64,000 bases of DNA from Actinomycetes bacterium (GTDB taxonomy: Bacteria; Actinomycetota; Actinomycetes; JBOGEN01): contig JBOGEN010000107.1 of NCBI GenBank assembly GCA_050743265.1, positions 5,612-69,611 of the forward strand. The letters run 5' to 3'. Shown here in pieces: positions 48,038 through 55,789 of the stretch. A program made the position numbers and the translations under genes. Every line of letters starts with the position of its first letter. The first letter of the stretch is position 1. A model generated the notes under the pieces. That model was not told the DNA's origin. It did not search any database and saw only the letters and a list, made by a program, of their open reading frames with translations.

Positions 48038-48941
48038 CCAGCGGCCGCGGACCGGCCAGGTCCTCCGCCGCCGCCGGAGCGTAGGCGAAGTTCTTCGCGC
48101 GGGCGCCGCCGTCGACGACCAGGTCCATCCCGGTGATCAGCCTCGCGTAGTCGGAGCACAGCCATGCCACGGTGTGCCCGAGGTCGGTCGGGGTGCCGGT
48201 CGTGCCCATCGGCACCATGGGCGCGCGCTCACCCGTCCAGCGGCTCGGCCGGCGCCACGGCTCGTCGCCGGTTGGTCCGCCGAGGCCACCCCCGCGGCCC
48301 CGGTGCATGACGCTGCCCGTGTTGAGCCCGGCTCGTGCCCGCTCGGCGATGAGCTCGGGGTTGTCGGGCGTCGGGGCTGTCGGCGTGACGCCGTTGACCC
48401 GGATCCCGTACGGCGCCAGGTCCATCGCCGCGGCGCGTACGAAGTTGTTCACGCCGCCCTTGTGGAAGGCGTACGCGATGATGCCCGCCGATCCCGACCA
48501 CCCGTTCGACGAGGAGATGCAGACGACCGACCCTTTGGTGCCCTGTTCGGCCATCACCCGGCCGACCTGCTTGGTGTTGAGGAAGTAGCCCAGCGACGAG
48601 ACACGCACGGCACGTTCGAAGTTCTCGGCGCTCTCGTCGAGCACGCCCTTTCCGCCGAGCAGCGCCGCGTTGTTCACGAGGATGTCGATGCGCCCCCAGC
48701 GCTCCAGTACCGCGTCGACGTAGCGCTGCACCGCGCCCTCGTCCGTCACGTCGCCCGGGGCAGCCATCGCCTCCCCGCCGTTGCGCTCGATCCGGCGGAT
48801 GCACGCGGAGATCACCGAGTCGTTCACGTCGTTGCACGCCACCTTCGCGCCGTACCGCGAGAGTGCGAGCGCGACGCCGCTGCCGATGTTGGGTCCGACA
48901 CCGGTGACGAGCGCGACCATGCCGTCGAGCGAGACCTCCAC
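48003..48941 (-). CDS. SDR-family oxidoreductase
   Basis: ALVTGVGPNIGSG, NNAA, and YAFHKGG catalytic region. Confidence 0.75.
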   Translation of the reverse strand: MEVSLDGMVALVTGVGPNIGSGVALALSRYGAKVACNDVNDSVISACIRRIERNGGEAMAAPGDVTDEGAVQRYVDAVLERWGRIDILVNNAALLGGKGVLDESAENFERAVRVSSLGYFLNTKQVGRVMAEQGTKGSVVCISSSNGWSGSAGIIAYAFHKGGVNNFVRAAAMDLAPYGIRVNGVTPTAPTPDNPELIAERARAGLNTGSVMHRGRGGGLGGPTGDEPWRRPSRWTGERAPMVPMGTTGTPTDLGHTVAWLCSDYARLITGMDLVVDGGARAKNFAYAPAAAEDLAGPRPLVTLDSTPAYVP

Positions 48942-48996
48942 GGAGTCCCCTTCTGTCGATTGCGGTTCACCTGCACGGATCGCGGCTTCTGGGGGC

Positions 48997-50070
48997 TCAG
49001 GACCCTGCCGCTGACCCTGCCTGGCTGGCCTGCTGCGACGACTCGACGCGCTCCGACCGGCCCGACCATGGCGTCCAGCCGAACGGGCGGAAGACCATGG
49101 ACATGGCGGCGTTGGCCGCGCCCGCCACGAGCAGGGTGATGGCGTGGGCGGACGGCATCATCGGGAAGCGCTGCTCATCCCCGTCCGGGCTCTCCGGTAC
49201 GTGCTCGCCTTTGCCCGCGGCGACGAGATCGGCACGGCTACGCACCGACAGCTCGTGGAGCCGCTGCTGTACGTCCGCCCGGCTGTACCCGGCTGTGCCG
49301 AGGAGCTGAGCATGTTCGGGGCCCAGGACCACACCGCCACTCGAGTGCTTGCCACCCACGTAGGCACCTGACCGGGCCAGCGTGTCGGCCAGGTCGCGCA
49401 GCACCTCCTCCGGGTCCTCCGTCTGGCGATTGTCCACGAACTCGCATGTCCTGATCAGCATGGCCGAGACCGCGTCCACGCCGCGCTCGACGCCACCGAC
49501 CACGCTGAGCGGCTCCCAGGGCGAGAGCTCCTCGTTCTCGCCCAGGCAGAGGGACCAGCGACCCGGCAGGCCCTGTGTCGACTGCTCGAGCTGTTGCGGC
49601 CGTATCCGGTACGCGTTGCGCACGATCAGTCCGAGCGCACGCGCGATCGTCGCGTTGGGACGGAAGCCGGGGCCGAACACGCCCCCGGCGCAGTTGATGC
49701 CGAGCCTCGACCTGACCGGGCCGTTGACGACGAGGAGTGGGGCCGGCCCGCTCGTGGACTGCCACGCGCCACCACCGCTCGCCCGTTCCAGGCTCAGCGC
49801 GTCCCAGGCGGCGAGGACGACGGGGAAGTACTCGGGCTTGCATCCCGCCATGACCGCGTTCGCCGCCGCCTGTGCGACGGTCACGCGACGGCGGAGGTGC
49901 TCCTGGGTGCCGATGACCTCCGACGGGTCACGGGCTGTCGTGGCGAGGAACTCCTCCACGTCGGCCTCGGTGGCCGGGACGACAGGTAGCCCGTCGGTCC
50001 AGCCCTGCTCGAAGCAGTACTCGACGGCGGCCCTGGCATCTCTGACAGGGTCGCCCAGGGATGTCGTCAT
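48997..50070 (-). CDS. Conserved hypothetical protein, partner of UGSC-family protein (copy A)
   Basis: Start overlaps the stop of the UGSC gene by 4 nt. Shares GWTDGLPVVP, AGC(K/R)PEYFPVVLAAW, LLVNGP(I/V)R(S/T)RLG(I/V)N.AG and GPEHA.LL blocks with 55786..56925. Confidence 0.55.
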   Translation of the reverse strand: MTTSLGDPVRDARAAVEYCFEQGWTDGLPVVPATEADVEEFLATTARDPSEVIGTQEHLRRRVTVAQAAANAVMAGCKPEYFPVVLAAWDALSLERASGGGAWQSTSGPAPLLVVNGPVRSRLGINCAGGVFGPGFRPNATIARALGLIVRNAYRIRPQQLEQSTQGLPGRWSLCLGENEELSPWEPLSVVGGVERGVDAVSAMLIRTCEFVDNRQTEDPEEVLRDLADTLARSGAYVGGKHSSGGVVLGPEHAQLLGTAGYSRADVQQRLHELSVRSRADLVAAGKGEHVPESPDGDEQRFPMMPSAHAITLLVAGAANAAMSMVFRPFGWTPWSGRSERVESSQQASQAGSAAGS

Positions 50071-50621
50071 GGGCGCGCCGCCGCAGCCGCGTCGGTCAGC
50101 AAGGCCACGATCTGGGGCACGACCTTCTCGGCGCGTGCCCGGATGCCGTCACGGTTCAGGCTGGCCACCGGATGGTCCGTGGTGACGTACCTGTAGCCGG
50201 GTGCGCCTTGCACCTCGGCCATGGCGTCGGCGCTGACCGTGAACGCGTCGGTGCAGATGACGACGGAGGGCACTCCGGACTGTTCGAGCAGGAGACCGTC
50301 GGCGACCGCCGACGCGCTGCACGAGCCGCAGTCGCCGACGCCGGTGACCACGATGTCGCAGGCCGCGAGCTCGTCGAGCATCTCTGCCGGCACGGGGTGG
50401 GTGATGCTCAGCTTCTTCCGCGCGAGCACGGGCTTCACGCCGTACTGCTCCCGCATCAGTGAGGCCACGTCCTCGAGGAACTGCTCCGCGTTGCGCTTCG
50501 TGTTGGCCAGCAACCCGAGACTGAGCCCCTCCAGGTCTGCCGGCCGTGGAGCAAGGCCAGCCCGTGCCCGGTCCGGAGCGACATCCGAGCCCACGGTGGG
50601 GTCGACGATGCTGTCGAACAC
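50067..50621 (-). CDS. UGSC-family protein, Cys-containing paralogue (CGSC motif), copy 2
   Basis: …DIVVTGVGDCGSCSASAVADGLLLEQSGVPSVVICTDAF…. Confidence 0.65.
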   Translation of the reverse strand: MFDSIVDPTVGSDVAPDRARAGLAPRPADLEGLSLGLLANTKRNAEQFLEDVASLMREQYGVKPVLARKKLSITHPVPAEMLDELAACDIVVTGVGDCGSCSASAVADGLLLEQSGVPSVVICTDAFTVSADAMAEVQGAPGYRYVTTDHPVASLNRDGIRARAEKVVPQIVALLTDAAAAARP

Positions 50622-50779
50622 AGGCCCCTCCTGGATCGTGGACGGAGATCGCGGACCGTGGCCCGGCCGATCCGACGCTACGTCAGCCGCGACACGGCAG
50701 ACAGACGTCTTTCACGTGACGGAACCCCGGACGAGTGGTCGGTCGCCTGGCAGCCTGTACCAGGTCCGGGGTGTCTCGC

Positions 50780-52225
50780 TCACCCGATGTTGACCCAGAC
50801 ACCCTTGGTCTCGGTGTAGGCGTCGAGCGCCTCACCAGTCATCTCGCGTCCCCAGCCGCTGGACTTGAAGCCACCCCACGGTGCGGCGGGGTCCAGCCTC
50901 GGCAGGGTGTTGACGAACACCTCACCGGCCCGGATCTGGTGGGCCATCCGGTGGCCACGAGCGACGTCGGACGTCCAGACGGAGGCAACCAGACCGAAGT
51001 CCGTGTCGTTGGCCCAGCCCACCAGCTCGTCCGGCTCGTCGTAGGTGATGACGGGCAGTACCGGCCCGAAGACCTCGTCCCGTGCGATCTGCATGCCGTG
51101 CTCGACGGATGCGACGAGCGTCGGCTCGAAGAAGTAGCCGGCGGCAAGGTCACCCTCGCCGCGCTTGCCTCCGACGAGGACCTTGGCGCCCTGCTCGACT
51201 CCAGACGTGACGAAGCCCTCGACCTTGTCGCGGTGCTCAGCCGAGATGAGCGGCCCGAGCTGGGTGCCCGGCGACGTGCCAGGTCCCATCGTGATGCTCG
51301 ACATGGCCGCGCCGAGCTTCTCGGTGAACTCGTCCGCCCGGCTGCGGTCGACGTAGAAGCGGCTGTACGCCGCGCAGGCCTGGCCACTGTTCACCAGCCC
51401 GCCGAGCATGTTGCCGCTGACGGCAGCGTCGATGTCGGCGTCAGCCATGACGATGCTGGGCGCCTTGCCGCCGAGCTCGAGCGAGACGCGCTTGAGGTTG
51501 CCTGCCGAGGCCGCGACGATCGACCGGCCGACCTCCGTCGAACCGGTGAACGACACCTTGTCGACCCCGGGATGCTCCACCAGCCGCTTGCCCACCTCCG
51601 GGCCACCGGTGAGGAGGTTCACCACGCCGGCAGGGACCCCAGCCTCCAGGCAGAGCTCTGCCAGGCGTGCGGTGCTCAGCGGCGTCTGCTCCGCGGGCTT
51701 GAGGATCACCGTGTTCCCCGCGGCCAGGGCCGGGGCGATCTTCCACACGGCGATGGTGAGCGGGAAGTTCCACGGGGTGATGAGCGCACAGACACCGACC
51801 GGCTCGCGCCTGGTGTAGTGCAGCATCCCTGGAACGGAGACCGGACTGGTGACACCGGTGATCTTGGTGCACCACCCCGCGTAGTAGCGCAGCATCTCCG
51901 CGGCGCCGCTCATGCTGCCGCGGGCGAAGCCGACGGACTGTCCCTGGTCCCTGCTCTCCAGCTCCGCCAGCTCGTCCGCGTTCTCCTCGACGAGGTCGGC
52001 GATCTTCCACAGCAGACGGGCCCGGGCGGCCGGCATCATCCCCGACCAGGCCGGATCGACGAAGGCGCGGGACGCTGCGTCCACCGCTGCGTCGACGTCT
52101 GCCGCGGTGGCCTCCACCGCGGTGCCGAGTACCTCTCCGGTCGCGGGATCCACCGTCTCGAACGTGTTCGCCGCCGTCCCGGCAGTCCATTCCCCGGCGA
52201 TCAGCAGCTGGACGTGCGTGGCCAT
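50780..52225 (-). CDS. Aldehyde dehydrogenase-family protein
   Basis: ELGGKAP and catalytic region NSGQACAAYSR. Confidence 0.85.
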   Translation of the reverse strand: MATHVQLLIAGEWTAGTAANTFETVDPATGEVLGTAVEATAADVDAAVDAASRAFVDPAWSGMMPAARARLLWKIADLVEENADELAELESRDQGQSVGFARGSMSGAAEMLRYYAGWCTKITGVTSPVSVPGMLHYTRREPVGVCALITPWNFPLTIAVWKIAPALAAGNTVILKPAEQTPLSTARLAELCLEAGVPAGVVNLLTGGPEVGKRLVEHPGVDKVSFTGSTEVGRSIVAASAGNLKRVSLELGGKAPSIVMADADIDAAVSGNMLGGLVNSGQACAAYSRFYVDRSRADEFTEKLGAAMSSITMGPGTSPGTQLGPLISAEHRDKVEGFVTSGVEQGAKVLVGGKRGEGDLAAGYFFEPTLVASVEHGMQIARDEVFGPVLPVITYDEPDELVGWANDTDFGLVASVWTSDVARGHRMAHQIRAGEVFVNTLPRLDPAAPWGGFKSSGWGREMTGEALDAYTETKGVWVNIG

Positions 52226-52251
52226 CGGGCCTCCCTCTGTGCGAGCACAGC

Positions 52252-53367
52252 TCAGTCGAAGCGGATCACACCGCGGAGCGTGCGGTGCTGGCGCATGTCC
52301 TCGTAACCGTCGTTGATCTGCACCAACGAGTAGGTGCGGGTGATGAGCTCATCGAGCAGCAAGTCGCCCTGCCGGTACAGGCTGAGGAGCCGCGGGATGT
52401 CGTACCGGGGGTTCGCGTTTCCGAACAGACAGCCCACGACGCGCTTCTGGTAGGCGGTGAGCTCGAACATGGGGAGCGTCACCTGATCGTCCGACACGTT
52501 GGCGAGGGACGTCAGCGCGACGGTTCCGAGCTTGCCGACCAGCGACAGTGCCTCCCCGATGAGCTCGCCGGTGGCCACGCCGACCGTGATCAGCGCAGCG
52601 TTGGCCATCTGACCGCGGGTCAGGTCCACGAGTGCCGCGCGTGCCTCGGTGACGTCGACGAAGGCGTGGGTGGCACCGAGCTGCCTTGCCTGGTCGCGAT
52701 TGAACTCCGACGGGTCCACCACGACGATCGTCGTGGCGCCGGCCATTCTGGCTCCCTGCACCGCGTTGGCTCCGACGCCACCGACCCCGAGGACGACGAC
52801 GGTGTCACCGGCTCGCGTCTCGGCGCCGTACACCGCCGTGCCCCATCCGGTGGTGACCCCGCAACCGACCAGCGCCGCCCTGTCGAGCGGGATGTCGTCG
52901 TCGATCTTGATGACCGAGCTCTCGCGCGTGACCGTGTACGGAGAGAACGTGCCCAACACGCACATCAGCCGTGCGTCCTCGCCGCCGACGTGGTGTCGCG
53001 AACTGCCGTCACGCTGAAGCCCGACGGTCAGGTCGGCTCCTTCGTCACAGAGGTTCTGGTTCCCGGAGGCGCAGGACGGGCACCGCCCGCAGGCCGGGAC
53101 GAAGCTGAGCACCACATGGTCACCCTCGGACACGCTGCGCACGTTCGTGCCGACGCTCTCCACGACGCCGGCCCCCTCGTGACCGCCGATGACGGGCAGG
53201 CCTTCCATGGGGAGATCACCGAGCCGGACGTGCTCGTCGGAATGGCACAACCCGGAGGCGCTCAGCCGGACCATCACCTCGCCGTCACGAGGGTCGTCGA
53301 GCTCGATCTCCTCGATCTGCCAGTCCTTGCCGTACTCGCGGAGCACAGCAGCCTGAGTCCTCACCAC
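52252..53367 (-). CDS. Zn-dependent alcohol dehydrogenase (class-III-like)
   Basis: GLCHSDEH…GHEGAGVV. Confidence 0.8.
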   Translation of the reverse strand: MVRTQAAVLREYGKDWQIEEIELDDPRDGEVMVRLSASGLCHSDEHVRLGDLPMEGLPVIGGHEGAGVVESVGTNVRSVSEGDHVVLSFVPACGRCPSCASGNQNLCDEGADLTVGLQRDGSSRHHVGGEDARLMCVLGTFSPYTVTRESSVIKIDDDIPLDRAALVGCGVTTGWGTAVYGAETRAGDTVVVLGVGGVGANAVQGARMAGATTIVVVDPSEFNRDQARQLGATHAFVDVTEARAALVDLTRGQMANAALITVGVATGELIGEALSLVGKLGTVALTSLANVSDDQVTLPMFELTAYQKRVVGCLFGNANPRYDIPRLLSLYRQGDLLLDELITRTYSLVQINDGYEDMRQHRTLRGVIRFD

Positions 53368-53568
53368 GCCTCCCGGAGGCTTCGCCGGATCGCCACAGAC
53401 GCGTCGGTAGCGATCGCCGCCCGGTGTCGAGGGCTGTTGCTGTGACCTGCCGAACGGCGGACTGAAGGTTGCCGAGTATGGCGAGCGCCTCCGTGACGGC
53501 GACAGGTCCGAGCGGCAAGTTACGTCAAATGGTGTAGGCAGCCTGACCGGACGTGGCTGACCCCACCC

Positions 53569-55026
53569 TCACCGCCGGCGCGGCCGGGCGAACGGCAACC
53601 GCACCGTCGGGAGGAGCGCCCGCGGGCGGCGTGCCCGCACGGCGCTGACGATGACGCCGGTGCCGTACACGGCGTCCTCCGCGAGACGCAGTGCCGCATA
53701 GCGGACCGGGTCGACGTCCGGGCGATGGCGCACGTACTCCAGGGCGACGGGAGCGAGCATGCTTACGGCGGCGGCTGCTGCCACGCGGGAGCGTCCGGCA
53801 GCCGCCAGGGCCACCCATCCCACGGGCCACCACACGCGTCGCAACCCGTGACCGACCGCAGCGGCATCTGCCACGAGACCCTGTCCGACGACCACGCCCG
53901 CGAGCCAGGGGGGCGCGTCCGCCCAGCGGAGACGGCCGCCCAGCGTCCCGACCGCCGTCGCCGCGACGAGCGCAGCGAGCCGGGGTCGCGTCGGCGCCAG
54001 GAGCGCCACCGCCACGTTCCAGGCCGAGACCCGCACCGGAGCGAGGCGACCGGGGTGGCGCCGGTCCAGGTCGGCGGCGGACGTGCCGTACTCGAAGCGA
54101 CGCCGGGCCCAGTCCACCGGATCGAGCCGCGCCTCGTGGTGGACGACGACCGACGGCTCATAGCGCGCGAGCCATCCCGCGTCGGCCAGGCGCCACACCA
54201 GGTCGACGTCCTCTCCCACACGCATCGATGGCTCGAACCCCTGGCCGGCGAGTGCGTCACGACGTACGAGAAGCGCCGCCGACGGCAGGAAGCCGAGCGG
54301 TGCACCGCGTCTGACCAGTTCCGGACGCCCCCCCATGTCGAGCGCCGACCGTGCGTCCTCGTGACGTGCCAGAAGGGATACGCCTGTGACACGGGGCCGC
54401 ACGCGGGGGGCGACGAGGCCGACGCGCGGATCGTCGAAGTGCGCGACGAGTCCCTCGAGCCAGCCGGGCGAGACGGAGCAGTCGGAGTCCAGGAAGGCCA
54501 CGAGGGGCGCAGCGGTCGCCAGCACCCCGGCGTTGCGCGCCGCGCCCGGGCCCTGGTTCACGTCGAGGCGTACGACGCGAGCCCCGTGCCTCTCGGCCAC
54601 ACGCCGGACGGCCACCTCGTCGCGGGACCCGTCGTCGACGACCACCACCGGTGCGCCGGCGAGGCGACGCAGGCAGGCCTCGAGCAGGCCCACCCGGTCG
54701 TGCGCCGGGACGACGACGACCACCTCACCAGCCAGGGAGCGGAGGTCGACGGCCGGATGCACCACTCCTCGCTGCACGAGAAGGTCAGCCGTCGCGCCCT
54801 CGATGGCACCGTCGGGCACCACACCCGATGCCCCGGCAGCATGGACGCGGCGTACGAACGGCCGCGCACGCGCCGACACGCGGACGAGGCCCCACGGTGC
54901 ACCGCCGGTGACGACGGCGCCGTCGTTCCACAGCCGGGCCCGGCCGTCCCACGCGACGCGTGTCCCCGGGCGGAGGCCGGCGCGTACCTCCGGCGCGTCT
55001 ACGCCGGAGGAGGCCATGCCGGCCAA
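53569..55026 (-). CDS. mftF: Mycofactocin system glycosyltransferase MftF (GT2-like)
   Basis: About 485 aa. GT2 core VVVVDDGSRD…AFLDSDC (DxD-like), C-terminal hydrophobic region, and length/architecture typical of MftF. Lies about 26 kb from mftABCDE. Confidence 0.65.
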   Translation of the reverse strand: MAGMASSGVDAPEVRAGLRPGTRVAWDGRARLWNDGAVVTGGAPWGLVRVSARARPFVRRVHAAGASGVVPDGAIEGATADLLVQRGVVHPAVDLRSLAGEVVVVVPAHDRVGLLEACLRRLAGAPVVVVDDGSRDEVAVRRVAERHGARVVRLDVNQGPGAARNAGVLATAAPLVAFLDSDCSVSPGWLEGLVAHFDDPRVGLVAPRVRPRVTGVSLLARHEDARSALDMGGRPELVRRGAPLGFLPSAALLVRRDALAGQGFEPSMRVGEDVDLVWRLADAGWLARYEPSVVVHHEARLDPVDWARRRFEYGTSAADLDRRHPGRLAPVRVSAWNVAVALLAPTRPRLAALVAATAVGTLGGRLRWADAPPWLAGVVVGQGLVADAAAVGHGLRRVWWPVGWVALAAAGRSRVAAAAAVSMLAPVALEYVRHRPDVDPVRYAALRLAEDAVYGTGVIVSAVRARRPRALLPTVRLPFARPRRR

Positions 55027-55252
55027 CCCTAGCTGCAGGGGGCCTCGCCGCTGAGCAGCGAGCAGCCGGGTACGTCAGATGACTTACCGGGGTTGGCCGC
55101 GTGCGGCTCGCCGGGTCCGTCATCTGCGCGTGGACGTGCTCGGACCCGGTCGCGGACACTCCAGGAGACCGCGCCCGGCTCGGTGTCGTGGCTGACGACA
55201 GCTGCTCGTCGTCCACGGCGCTGAGCCCTCACCACCGGAAGGGCCCGCTGAC

Positions 55253-55789
55253 ATGGCGTTCGAGAACCTGATCGACCCCACCGGAGGCCTCGACCTCGAC
55301 GCCGACACCACCCTGACGCGCAGGCCGGCGACTCTGCGCGGCACGACGCTCGGGCTGCTGGAGAACACCAAGCCCAACGCGGCCGTCCTCCTGCACGAGC
55401 TCGGCGAGATCCTGACGCGCCGGTACGGGATCAGCGAGGTGCTCTCGTACTCCAAGACGTACTTCGGCACCCCGGCTACCGCGTCCCAGGTGGAGCTGAT
55501 AGCTCGGGAGTGCGATCTTGTGGTCACGGGGGTGGGCGATTGAGGCTCCTGCAGCGCGGCCAGTCTGGCCGACGGGATCCTGCTGGAGCGAGGCGGCGTT
55601 CCAGCGGTGAGCATCTGCACGGAGGCGTTTCGCACTCCCGCCGACGCCATGGCCAAGGCGTACGGGTTCCCGGGGTTCCAGTACGTGACGGTGCCGCACC
55701 CGCTGGCGAGTCTGACCCACGGTGAGGTGAGAGAAAGGGTGCACGAGATGCTGCCAGGCGTCCTCCAGGTCCTGGGTGTGGAGCTGTGA
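55253..55789 (+). CDS. UGSC-family selenoprotein (predicted). In-frame TGA at 55541..55543 is read as selenocysteine (motif D-U-G-S-C).
   Basis: ORFs 55253..55543 and 55607..55789 are in the same frame, separated only by the TGA. Translation …LVVTGVGD-U-GSCSAASLADGILLERGGVPAVSICTEAF… aligns residue-for-residue with the paralogues VTGVGDCGSCSASAVADGLLLEQSGVPSVVICTDAF and VTGVGDCESCSASAVADGILFEQAGLPAAVICTEEF. The TGA occupies the first Cys position. Joined length is 178 aa, against 184 and 191 aa for the paralogues. Confidence 0.6.
55544..55580 (+). other. Candidate bacterial SECIS-like hairpin downstream of the in-frame UGA
   Basis: Perfect 6-bp stem cggcca / uggccg (55557-55562 and 55566-55571) with loop GUC. 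It starts 14 nt after the UGA. Confidence 0.3.

Noticed and set aside
55541-55543. Interpreting the TGA as a genuine stop that splits a pseudogene
   Set aside because: The downstream frame stays open for 82 codons. It retains paralogue-level conservation and translational coupling to the next gene, and the TGA replaces exactly the Cys of the CxSC motif. Sec is the more parsimonious reading, but it is unproven.
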